Shown here piece by piece: positions 55,398 through 64,000 of a stretch of 64,000 nucleotides of DNA. The notes under the pieces were generated by a model. That model did no database searches. It was not told where the DNA came from and saw only the letters and a list, made by a program, of their open reading frames with translations. This DNA is from Acutalibacteraceae bacterium (GTDB taxonomy: Bacteria > Bacillota > Clostridia > Oscillospirales > Acutalibacteraceae). The position numbers and the translations under genes are program-made. Within the stretch, counting starts at the first letter, position 1. Every line of letters starts with the position of its first letter. The stretch spans positions 5,135 to 69,134 of the forward strand of contig JAZNQX010000063.1 in NCBI GenBank assembly GCA_045590395.1, written 5' to 3'.

Positions 55398-56318
55398 ATG
55401 GAGTTTAATCACTATTCTGTACTTTTAAATGAAACAATTGATGCTTTAAATATAAAGCCCGACGGAATATATGTAGACGGCACTGCGGGTGGCGCTGGAC
55501 ACTCAAGAGAAATTGCTAAAAGGCTTAAAGGCGGTTTTCTTTATGCGCTTGACCAAGACCCCGATGCCGTTAAGGTGGCAACTGAGAGATTAGAGGGACT
55601 GCCGGCAAAGGTAATCAGAAGCAACTTTGTAAATATGAAGGATGTGCTTTTAAAGGAAGGCGTTACCGCCGTTGACGGTATACTTCTTGACCTTGGCGTA
55701 TCCTCTTATCAGCTTGATGAAGGCTCACGCGGTTTTTCCTATCATAAAGATGCCCCACTTGATATGCGAATGAGCAAAGAGGGAATAAGCGCCGCCGATA
55801 TAGTTGCACAGTATTCTTTAGAAAAACTAAGCGAAATTTTTTCTCTTTACGGCGAGGAAAAATTTTCATTTCGTATAGCAAAAGCAATAATAAAGGCAAG
55901 GGAAGTAGAGCCTATAACCACAACACTAAAACTTGCCGAAATAATAGCAAACAGTGTTCCTGCTCACGCAAGACGTGACGGACATCCTGCAAGGCGGGTA
56001 TTTCAGGCACTTAGAATTGCCGTAAATGGTGAGCTTGATGTTTTAAAAGCGGTACTTGACGACGCTTTTGATTTACTGAAAAAAGACGGTGTGCTTGCAA
56101 TTATAACCTTTCATTCTCTTGAAGACGGTATTGTTAAGAGAAAGTTTAAGGAATTTGCACAGGGCTGTACCTGTCCACCAGATATACCTGTTTGTGTCTG
56201 CGGTAAAACACCGAGAGGCAAAATTATAAACCGAAAGGGAATAGAGCCCTCAAGTGAGGAACTAAGTAAAAATAAGAGAAGCAGAAGTGCAAAACTAAGA
56301 ACCATAAAAAAACTGTAA
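55398..56318 (+). CDS. rsmH: 16S rRNA (cytosine1402-N4)-methyltransferase RsmH
   Basis: HYSVLLNETIDAL, DGTAGGAGHS and LGVSSYQLD. Confidence 0.94.
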   Translation: MEFNHYSVLLNETIDALNIKPDGIYVDGTAGGAGHSREIAKRLKGGFLYALDQDPDAVKVATERLEGLPAKVIRSNFVNMKDVLLKEGVTAVDGILLDLGVSSYQLDEGSRGFSYHKDAPLDMRMSKEGISAADIVAQYSLEKLSEIFSLYGEEKFSFRIAKAIIKAREVEPITTTLKLAEIIANSVPAHARRDGHPARRVFQALRIAVNGELDVLKAVLDDAFDLLKKDGVLAIITFHSLEDGIVKRKFKEFAQGCTCPPDIPVCVCGKTPRGKIINRKGIEPSSEELSKNKRSRSAKLRTIKKL

Positions 56319-56330
56319 AGGACGAGGCAA

Positions 56331-56798
56331 ATGAATAATCTCAAGTATTATAACGATTCTCTGGCATACGATTTTCAGATGTTTATGCCTAAAGAGAAGC
56401 CGCAGAGTGTGCCTGATGACAATATAATAAAAATGCCTCGCCGTAAAAGCAAGACGAGGCAAAAGGCTGTTGCAGCGCGTTTTTCAGCCAGTGCGTTTTC
56501 TATTGTTGCAACAGTTGTTATTGTGGGTGCTTTATGCACAAACATATTCTTAAGAATTCAGGTTAACGAGCTTAACAGCACCATAAACAAGGCAAAATCA
56601 GAACTTGCTACAAAGCAGAGCGAGAGCGTTGCTTTGCAGATGGAATATGAAAACCGTATTTCCTATGTAAACCTTGAAGCCGAGGCAACCGCCCTTGGTA
56701 TGCGCAAACTGGACAAGAGCCAGGTGGTTTATGTACGTGTAAATGATAAGAGTATGGCAAAAACTGGTGACGGAAAAATTCTTTTGGCAAATGAGTAA
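56331..56798 (+). CDS. ftsL: Cell division protein FtsL-like (single TM + coiled coil)
   Basis: The position between rsmH and the PBP gene, a single TM (FSIVATVVIVGALCTNIFL) and a coiled coil. Confidence 0.65.
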   Translation: MNNLKYYNDSLAYDFQMFMPKEKPQSVPDDNIIKMPRRKSKTRQKAVAARFSASAFSIVATVVIVGALCTNIFLRIQVNELNSTINKAKSELATKQSESVALQMEYENRISYVNLEAEATALGMRKLDKSQVVYVRVNDKSMAKTGDGKILLANE

Positions 56799-56909
56799 TT
56801 TGGCAAGGAATAGTAGAAGAATACAAATAATATAAATAAGGATACGGGAGTTGAAGTTTTCGGCTCTCGTTTTCAAGCATTTTAAAAGTGAGAAAGTGAG
56901 GATAATAAG

Positions 56910-59171
56910 ATGGTAAGTAAACCGGGTAAAATTATGCTTAAAAGAATATTTATTGTCCTGCTTTGCACTGTAATTATTACTGTGGGTGTGTCGGGTGTCA
57001 GACTTGTTCACCTTATGCTTATAAACGGCGAAAAGTATCAGGGTATGGCATCTGAACAACAGCTTTACGACAGCCTTATAACTGCGCCCAGAGGTAATAT
57101 ATACGACAAAAATATGAATGTTCTGGCTACAAGTACTACAGCCTGGACAGTATACATAACACCTAACGGTATATTCAGCATTAAGGATGCCGAGAAACAG
57201 GAAAAGGTAAGGAATATTATCGCTGACGGTCTGTCAGAAATTTTAGGCGTTGACAGAGAAGAGGTATATGAGGATACCGGTAAACGCTCTTACTATGTTA
57301 TTGTCAAGAAAAAGATTGATAAAGAAACCTCTGATAAGGTAAGACAGTTCATTGCCGATAACAGTCAGTATCAGCTTTCAAAATATATCGGTCTTGACGA
57401 GTCTACCAAGCGTTATTACCCCAATAATAATCTGGCTTCGGTTGTGCTTGGCTTTGTAGGTGATGATGACCAGGGTCTTGCAGGTATCGAAAGCTATTAT
57501 GATACAGCTCTGACGGGTGAGCCGGGCAGAGTAGTAGCGGCTAAAACTGCTCAGGGAATTGATATGCCATTTACCTATGAAATGGTAGAAGAGGCAACTC
57601 AGGGTAATTCTCTTGTTTTAACCATTGATAACTACATTCAGTATGTATGTGAAAAACAGCTGAAGCAGGCTGTTGAAGATAACAAATGTAATGAACGCGG
57701 TGTTGCTATTGTTATGAATGTTAACACCGGTGAAATTTTGGCTATGGCGGTTTCGGGTGACTTTAACCCGAATGACCCCTTTGCACTTTCCGCCTCAGAC
57801 CAGGCAATAGTGGATGCCCTTGAGGGCGACGAAAGAGCCGCAATGCTTAGCGAACTTAGAAACAGACAGTGGAGAAATAAGGCGGTATCCGATGCTTATG
57901 AGCCCGGCTCTGTATTTAAGATTTTCACCGCCGCCGCCGCGCTTGAGGAAAATGCAGTTGCGCTTGATTCTTCCTTTTCCTGCGTAGGTCATACTCAGGT
58001 AGCAGGTCAGCCCTATCATTGTCATAAAAGAACGGGTCACGGTGTGCAGACGCTTATGACTGCTATGAGTAATTCCTGCAACCCTGCCTTTATAACAATA
58101 GGTCAGATGCTTGGCGTAAATACATTTTCTAAGTATTTTGAGGCATTTGGTTTTACCGCCAAAACTGGTATAGACGTACCCGGTGAAACCTCTTCAATTT
58201 ACTATTCAGGCTCTAATATGGGTCCTGTAGAGCTAGCATCTGCATCCTTCGGTCAGACCTTTAAAATCACACCTGTTCAGCTTATAACTGCGGCTGCCGC
58301 ATCGGTTAACGGCGGTTATCTTGTTCAGCCCCATGTGGTTTCAAAGGTGGTTGACGCCAGCGGCAATGTTGTGGAAAATAAATCTACGGGATATCGCCGT
58401 CAGGTAATATCCGAAACTACCTCAGAGAAGCTTAGAACAGCGCTTGAGGGTGTTGTAAACGGCGGTGCCAAAAACGCTTATGTAGCGGGTTACCGTACAG
58501 GCGGTAAAACAGGTACCAGTCAGAAAATGGATAAAATAAATGCCACTAAAAAAAGCGGCTTTTATGTAGCTTCTTATGTTGGCATGGCGCCTATTGAAAA
58601 CCCTGAAATTGCTGTGCTTGTGCTTCTTGATGAGCCTATGGGCAACAGTATTTACGGCGGTACAATTTCCGCGCCTGTAGCTTCGGCTATTCTTGGTGAG
58701 ATTCTTCCTTATATGGGCTTTGAGCCTCAGTACAGTGAGGAGGAACTTGCTAAACGCGCTATTTCCGTTCCGTCGGTAATAGGAAAAACCGTTGACGAGG
58801 CTAAATCAAGAATTACAAGGTCTAACCTTATTTACAAGGTGGTAGGCGAGGGGGATACTGTAGTATCACAGCTTCCTTCCTCTAATGATACTCTTTATGC
58901 AGGTGGTCTTGTAATAATTTACACAGATGAAGAATCTGCACAAAATGAAACAACTACAGTTCCTAATTTTAGTGGAATGACGGTGTCACAGGTTAACGAT
59001 GCCGCCACCGCAGTGGGTATAAATGTTAAATTTTCGGGTAATACGTTATCCTCTGCAAATACACTTGCGTATAGTCAGAGTATAAAATCAGGAGAAACTG
59101 TAAGTACAGGTACGTCAGTTACGGTTTATTTCCGTGACAGTACGGTTACCGACTTTGTACCGGAAGAATAA
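56910..59171 (+). CDS. Class B penicillin-binding protein (FtsI/SpoVD type) with two C-terminal PASTA domains
   Basis: 753 aa: SVFK (SxxK), SNS (SxN), KTGT, and PASTA-like repeats at the C-terminus. Confidence 0.9.
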   Translation: MVSKPGKIMLKRIFIVLLCTVIITVGVSGVRLVHLMLINGEKYQGMASEQQLYDSLITAPRGNIYDKNMNVLATSTTAWTVYITPNGIFSIKDAEKQEKVRNIIADGLSEILGVDREEVYEDTGKRSYYVIVKKKIDKETSDKVRQFIADNSQYQLSKYIGLDESTKRYYPNNNLASVVLGFVGDDDQGLAGIESYYDTALTGEPGRVVAAKTAQGIDMPFTYEMVEEATQGNSLVLTIDNYIQYVCEKQLKQAVEDNKCNERGVAIVMNVNTGEILAMAVSGDFNPNDPFALSASDQAIVDALEGDERAAMLSELRNRQWRNKAVSDAYEPGSVFKIFTAAAALEENAVALDSSFSCVGHTQVAGQPYHCHKRTGHGVQTLMTAMSNSCNPAFITIGQMLGVNTFSKYFEAFGFTAKTGIDVPGETSSIYYSGSNMGPVELASASFGQTFKITPVQLITAAAASVNGGYLVQPHVVSKVVDASGNVVENKSTGYRRQVISETTSEKLRTALEGVVNGGAKNAYVAGYRTGGKTGTSQKMDKINATKKSGFYVASYVGMAPIENPEIAVLVLLDEPMGNSIYGGTISAPVASAILGEILPYMGFEPQYSEEELAKRAISVPSVIGKTVDEAKSRITRSNLIYKVVGEGDTVVSQLPSSNDTLYAGGLVIIYTDEESAQNETTTVPNFSGMTVSQVNDAATAVGINVKFSGNTLSSANTLAYSQSIKSGETVSTGTSVTVYFRDSTVTDFVPEE

Positions 59172-59188
59172 AAACCGGAGGTCAATTT

Positions 59189-60622
59189 ATGCTACTTTAT
59201 GAGCTTATCGGTGATGTTAAAACCAGTTTTGGTCAATGTGAGATTAAAGGCATAACCTGTGATTCACGTAAGGTTAGTGAAGGCTTTGCCTATATCTGTA
59301 TAAAAGGCGCTGTTAATGACGGTCATAATTTTGCGCAGTCCGCTATTGATAAGGGCGCCGCAGTAGTTATTTCTGAGAGAAAAACAGGCTGTGACAGAGA
59401 GGTAATAGTTGAGGATACACACGCTGCTTTTGCCTCTATGTCGGCTAAGTGGTTTGGTAATCCTGCCTATAAACTGAAGCTCGTTGGTGTGACGGGCACA
59501 AATGGTAAGACCTCTGTAACCTATATGGTTAAAAAGATTCTTGAAGCAGCAGGGGAAAAGGTTGGCCTTATCGGCACCATTCAGAATATGATAGGTGACG
59601 AGATAATTGAAACCGAAAGAACAACCCCCGACTGCTATCAGCTAAACGAACTTTTCAGCCAAATGGTAAATAAGGGCTGTACCTATGCCGTAATGGAGGT
59701 TTCCTCCCATGCTCTTGACCAGAAAAGAGTATACGGTGTTACCTTTGAAGCGGCTATATTTACTAATTTAACTCAGGACCATCTTGATTATCATATCACT
59801 ATGGATAATTATCTTGAGGCTAAAAAGAAACTGTTTTTAATGTGTAAAACCGCTATTGTAAACAGTGATGACCAGTATTCAGAGAGAATTTTAAGCGGAC
59901 TTTGCTGTAATAAAATTACACTGTCTGCAAATGATAAATCTGCTACATATTATGCAGATTCTATAAATTATAGGGCAGACGGAGTGGATTTCAAGCTTTG
60001 CGGAAAAGAAAGCATGGCTCTTTCTATGAGTACGGGCGGTAAATTCACTGTATATAACGCTATGTCTGCCGCAGTTTGCGCTATAGAACTCGGTATTGAT
60101 GCAAATATTGTTTTAAAGGCTCTCTGCTCACAAGAGGGTGTTAAGGGTAGGGCAGAGGTTGTTAAAAATCCCTTTGATTTTACGGTAATAATAGATTATG
60201 CTCACACCCCTGATGGTCTTAGCAATATACTTAATACCTTTTCGGAGTGTAAAAAGGGCAGACTGATAACATTGTTTGGTTGCGGTGGTGACCGCGATAA
60301 GACAAAGCGCCCCATAATGGGTAAAATCGCCGCAGAGCTTTCTGATTTTGTTATTGTTACAAGCGATAACCCCAGAAGCGAAAACCCTGCGGATATAATC
60401 AGCGATATTCTTGAGGGAATGAAGGACAGTAAAACCCCTTATGTTGCTATAAAAAACCGTATAGAAGCAATAAATTATGCAGTGGAAAATGCTTTATCAG
60501 ACGATATTATAGTTCTTGCAGGCAAGGGACACGAAACCTATCAGATACTTGCCGATAAAACAATACATCTTGATGAGCGTGAAATTGTAGCAGAGGCGCT
60601 GAAAAACAGAAAGGAAGTATAA
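59189..60622 (+). CDS. murE: UDP-N-acetylmuramoyl-L-alanyl-D-glutamate--2,6-diaminopimelate ligase
   Basis: GVTGTNGKTS, and the DNPR motif (TSDNPRSE) indicating meso-DAP specificity. Confidence 0.93.
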   Translation: MLLYELIGDVKTSFGQCEIKGITCDSRKVSEGFAYICIKGAVNDGHNFAQSAIDKGAAVVISERKTGCDREVIVEDTHAAFASMSAKWFGNPAYKLKLVGVTGTNGKTSVTYMVKKILEAAGEKVGLIGTIQNMIGDEIIETERTTPDCYQLNELFSQMVNKGCTYAVMEVSSHALDQKRVYGVTFEAAIFTNLTQDHLDYHITMDNYLEAKKKLFLMCKTAIVNSDDQYSERILSGLCCNKITLSANDKSATYYADSINYRADGVDFKLCGKESMALSMSTGGKFTVYNAMSAAVCAIELGIDANIVLKALCSQEGVKGRAEVVKNPFDFTVIIDYAHTPDGLSNILNTFSECKKGRLITLFGCGGDRDKTKRPIMGKIAAELSDFVIVTSDNPRSENPADIISDILEGMKDSKTPYVAIKNRIEAINYAVENALSDDIIVLAGKGHETYQILADKTIHLDEREIVAEALKNRKEV

Positions 60623-60623
60623 T

Positions 60624-61643
60624 ATGAGGGATATTACATCTATAATTGTTGCGGTCTTATCGTTTTTAATAACCGCCTTGCTTGGCTTTAAGGTAATACC
60701 CTATCTTCATAAACTGAAATTTGGACAGACCATACTTGATATCGGCCCGTCCTGGCATAAAAATAAGCAGGGCACACCTACTATGGGCGGTGTTATGCTT
60801 ATGGCGTCGGTGCTGCTTTCTCTGCTTATAGGAATTATTTATTCGGTTATAATAAAAGGAGAACTTATAAAGGAATTCGCCGACTCAAAACGCCTTTCTA
60901 TGTTTATAGCAGGTGTGGTTTTAGCCTTTGCTATGGGCTTTATCGGTTTTCTTGATGACTACATTAAGGTGGTTAAAAAGAGAAACTTAGGGCTTACTGC
61001 AAAGCAGAAAACCGTACTTCAGGGCTTTGTTTCGGCTATGTATCTGGTAGCACTTGCCTTTGCAGGTATGAATACAACCTGGATACCCTTTGTAGGTAAT
61101 ATATCCATTGTAAGCGGCGCGGGGCTTCTTTTCTGGCCTATTGCATTTTTCTTTGTTTACGGCTTTGTAAATGCGGTAAACCTTACAGACGGACTTGACG
61201 GTCTTGCTTCATCGGTTACACTGGTTGCGGCATGTGCCTTTATGATAATATCTGCTCTTGGTGGCTCACTTATGGGTATGAATGCCTACGGTGCCGCAGT
61301 AGCAGGAGCCTGCGGAGGCTTTTTGGTATGGAATATGCATCCTGCAAAGGTGTTTATGGGTGATACCGGCTCTATGTTTTTAGGAGGTGCTGTTGTAGCC
61401 CTTTCCTTTGGAACAGAACGCCCAATACTTCTTCTGCTTATAGGCATTGTTTATCTTATAGAAGCACTTTCAGTTGTGCTTCAGGTAACATTTTATAAGC
61501 TTACTAAAAAAAGAATATTCAAAATGAGCCCTATTCACCATCATTTTGAGATGTGTAATTGGAGCGAAGAAAAAATCGTATTTTCATTTTCTGCTGTCGG
61601 CTTTGTTTTTGCCGTACTCGCAGTACTTTTAGTAATACTTTAA
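60624..61643 (+). CDS. mraY: Phospho-N-acetylmuramoyl-pentapeptide-transferase
   Basis: TPTMGG, DDYIKV, NLTDGLDGLA and HHHFE. Confidence 0.95.
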   Translation: MRDITSIIVAVLSFLITALLGFKVIPYLHKLKFGQTILDIGPSWHKNKQGTPTMGGVMLMASVLLSLLIGIIYSVIIKGELIKEFADSKRLSMFIAGVVLAFAMGFIGFLDDYIKVVKKRNLGLTAKQKTVLQGFVSAMYLVALAFAGMNTTWIPFVGNISIVSGAGLLFWPIAFFFVYGFVNAVNLTDGLDGLASSVTLVAACAFMIISALGGSLMGMNAYGAAVAGACGGFLVWNMHPAKVFMGDTGSMFLGGAVVALSFGTERPILLLLIGIVYLIEALSVVLQVTFYKLTKKRIFKMSPIHHHFEMCNWSEEKIVFSFSAVGFVFAVLAVLLVIL

Positions 61644-61664
61644 ACCTCGGAGGTTAGTGGTCAG

Positions 61665-62816
61665 ATGAAAGATAACCTATTTGCAAGAGTACTTAAAAAA
61701 ATGGGTATATATCAGGAAGGAAAGCTGGATATCGGCTTCTTTTCCCTTGTTATTATACTTTTGTCAATAGGTCTTGTAATGCTTTTTTCTGCCAGCTATG
61801 CCTACTGTTACGCTCAGTTCGGTGACAGCTATAAGTTTATCGTCCGTCAGGCAATCTTTGCCGTTATCGGTGTGGCGCTTATGCTTTTTCTGTCCAGAAT
61901 TGACTGTAAAGTATACCGCAAATTTTCGCTGTTTATCTATATTCTGGCAGTTGCCATGTTGGTGCTGGTACTGGCTCTTCCGCCTATGCAGGAGGGTATG
62001 GAGCATAAACGTTGGCTTGTTATCGGTTCCTTTTCCTTCCAGCCGTCAGAAATAGGAAAATTTGCAATTATTCTTTTGTTTTCACACCTTATAGCGAAAT
62101 ACAACAAAAGAATGGATAATTTTAAATTTGTTTTATGCCTTGTGTTACTGCTTGGTCTTGTTTGCGGTCTTGTGGTTGTGGAAACACATCTTTCTGCAAC
62201 AGTGCTTATGTTGCTTATTGGTATTATACTGATGATAGTGGGCGGCCTTGCGGTAAAGTATATAATCGGCGGCGCTATTGCGGCGGCAGGTGCTGTGATG
62301 CTTATTGTAATTACAGGTCTTGTTAAGTATGCCGCAAGTCGTTTCCAGTATTGGCTTGACCCTTGGGCAGACGCTACAGGCGCCGGTTATCAGACCATTC
62401 AGTCCCTTTTGGCTATTGGCTCAGGCGGACTTTTTGGTAGGGGAATAGGCCAGTCAAGACAAAAATACTCATGGCTTCCTGAACCACATAACGATTTTAT
62501 TTTCTCAATAGTTTGCGAAGAACTGGGCCTTATCGGCGCTATGATAATAATTATTCTGTTTTGTCTTCTTGTATGGCGCGGCTTTTCTATAGCTATGCAT
62601 TCGCCGTCAAAATACAGTTCTTTAATGGCTGTAGGTCTTACCTTTCAGGTGGCATTACAGGCGGCGCTTAATATAATGGTTGTTACTAATACAATACCCA
62701 ATACGGGTATAAGTCTGCCGTTTTTCAGCTACGGCGGTACAGCCCTTGTAATTCTTCTTGCGGAAATGGGGATAGTACTATCTATCTCGCGAAGCGCAAA
62801 TTTAGAAAAGGTGTAG
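61665..62816 (+). CDS. ftsW: SEDS-family peptidoglycan glycosyltransferase (FtsW/SpoVE)
   Basis: 10-TM SEDS: QPSEIGKFA, GSGGLFGRGIGQS, PEPHNDFIFS and LPFFSYGGT. Confidence 0.92.
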   Translation: MKDNLFARVLKKMGIYQEGKLDIGFFSLVIILLSIGLVMLFSASYAYCYAQFGDSYKFIVRQAIFAVIGVALMLFLSRIDCKVYRKFSLFIYILAVAMLVLVLALPPMQEGMEHKRWLVIGSFSFQPSEIGKFAIILLFSHLIAKYNKRMDNFKFVLCLVLLLGLVCGLVVVETHLSATVLMLLIGIILMIVGGLAVKYIIGGAIAAAGAVMLIVITGLVKYAASRFQYWLDPWADATGAGYQTIQSLLAIGSGGLFGRGIGQSRQKYSWLPEPHNDFIFSIVCEELGLIGAMIIIILFCLLVWRGFSIAMHSPSKYSSLMAVGLTFQVALQAALNIMVVTNTIPNTGISLPFFSYGGTALVILLAEMGIVLSISRSANLEKV

Positions 62817-62826
62817 GTGAAATTTT

Positions 62827-63933
62827 ATGCATATACTTTTTGCCGGCGGAGGAACAGCAGGTCATATAAATCCCGCCCTTGCCGTTGCAGGATATATAAA
62901 AGAAAAACATCCTGATGCTAAAATCAGTTATATCGGTACTGCAAAAAAGCTTGAAGCAAAGCTTGTTCCCGAGAAAGGCTATGATTTTTACAGCATTGAG
63001 GTTCAGGGCTTTAAAAGAAAACTTTCACCGTCAGGTATAGTTCATAATGTTAAAACAGTATACCTTGCTATGAAGGCTTCGGTTGATGCAGAAAAGCTTT
63101 TAAAGAAGCTTCACCCAGATGTAGTTGTCGGCACCGGCGGATATGTAAGCGGCCCTGTGCTTAAAGCGGCGGCGAAACTTGGTATTAAAACCACCATACA
63201 CGAGCAGAACGCTTATCCGGGCGTCACCAATAAAATGCTTTCTAAAACAGTAGACAGAGTTATGCTTGCTATGCCTGAGGCAGAAAACCGACTGAGTCTT
63301 AATAAAAAGCCGTACATTACGGGAAATCCCGTGAGAAGTGAACTTAAAAATATGAGCAAAGAGCAGGCAAAAAAGAAGCTTGGCTTTGATGATAAGCCTG
63401 TTATACTGTCCTTTGGCGGAAGCCTTGGCGCCAGACCTATAAATGAGGCGGTGTCAGAGCTTATACGCCACTTTAACGGCAAAAACAGTCATTATCATAT
63501 TCACGGTACCGGTAAAGCAGGGTACAAAACAATGTGTGACTCTCTTGCTGATATAAAACTTGATGATAATGTATTTATACGCGAATATATTGATGATATG
63601 GACGTCTGTATGGCGGCGGCAGACCTTGTTATTTGCCGCGCAGGTGCCATAACACTCAGCGAACTTACTGTTTGCAGAAAACCGTCTATTCTTATTCCGT
63701 CTCCTTATGTTGCAGAAAACCATCAGTTCCATAATGCTATGACACTTAAAAACGCTGGTGCGGCTGAGGTTATAGAGGAAAAGGATTTAAACGGTGAAAA
63801 ACTTATCAAAACAGTAGAAACCATAATTAGTGATAAGTCACTGTTGAGTAGCATGAGCGTAAACGCTCAAAAAGTTGCTATAGACGATGCAAATAAGCGT
63901 ATTTACGATATAATAATGGAATTAATAGGCTAG
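62827..63933 (+). CDS. murG: UDP-N-acetylglucosamine--N-acetylmuramyl-(pentapeptide) pyrophosphoryl-undecaprenol GlcNAc transferase
   Basis: FAGGGTAGHINPALAV, GGYVSGP and GGSLGA. Confidence 0.95.
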   Translation: MHILFAGGGTAGHINPALAVAGYIKEKHPDAKISYIGTAKKLEAKLVPEKGYDFYSIEVQGFKRKLSPSGIVHNVKTVYLAMKASVDAEKLLKKLHPDVVVGTGGYVSGPVLKAAAKLGIKTTIHEQNAYPGVTNKMLSKTVDRVMLAMPEAENRLSLNKKPYITGNPVRSELKNMSKEQAKKKLGFDDKPVILSFGGSLGARPINEAVSELIRHFNGKNSHYHIHGTGKAGYKTMCDSLADIKLDDNVFIREYIDDMDVCMAAADLVICRAGAITLSELTVCRKPSILIPSPYVAENHQFHNAMTLKNAGAAEVIEEKDLNGEKLIKTVETIISDKSLLSSMSVNAQKVAIDDANKRIYDIIMELIG

Positions 63934-64000
63934 TTTTTGTCAAAAAACAACATCCGGCATATTATACAGTATAAGATAATTTGCGGGGTGCTTATATGAG

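Overview
This is a chromosomal core region of a low-GC, spore-forming Firmicute. Gene order looks Clostridia / Ruminococcaceae-like, but that taxonomic guess is unverified. Almost all genes are on the + strand.

Gene content, left to right:
- mazG-hup-yabO-yabP-yabQ-divIC-yabR block
- orphan class-I fumarate hydratase alpha-type gene
- groES/groEL with a perfect CIRCE operator
- tRNA-Leu(UAG) on the - strand, surrounded by partial tRNA-Leu copies
- sporulation and housekeeping genes: yunB, ytvI, cdaA-cdaR, recD2, comFC, mreB
- infC-rpmI-rplT
- dprA-topA-trmFO
- plsX-rnc-radical SAM-smc-ftsY
- rdgB-yhbY-nadD-yqeK-rsfS-leuS
- tRNA-Lys(UUU)
- a 15-kb metabolic block (about 40.1-54.8 kb)
- the start of the dcw cluster: mraZ-rsmH-ftsL-PBP-murE-mraY-ftsW-murG

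The most interesting part is the 40.1-54.8 kb block. It has three T-box leaders whose specifier positions read, in the same register, AUC (Ile, tentative), GUA (Val) and CUC (Leu).
- The first two control tandemly duplicated HTH-cupin::acyl-CoA synthetase fusion genes.
- The second of these is followed by a P-loop NTPase, a four-subunit 2-oxoacid:ferredoxin oxidoreductase and ilvE.
- The third controls a catalytically degenerate LeuA-like protein, a TIM-barrel::AMP-ligase fusion and an amidohydrolase.

Together this looks like a tRNA-charging-sensed system for making branched-chain amino acids from branched-chain volatile fatty acids by reductive carboxylation. That is an inference from gene content and leader sequence only.

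A second unusual signal is a conserved module of about 160 nt downstream of both tRNA genes. Each copy ends in a tRNA-specific copy of that tRNA's T-loop-to-CCA end. Next to tRNA-Lys there is also an odd array of 7-mers alternating with unrelated perfect palindromes.
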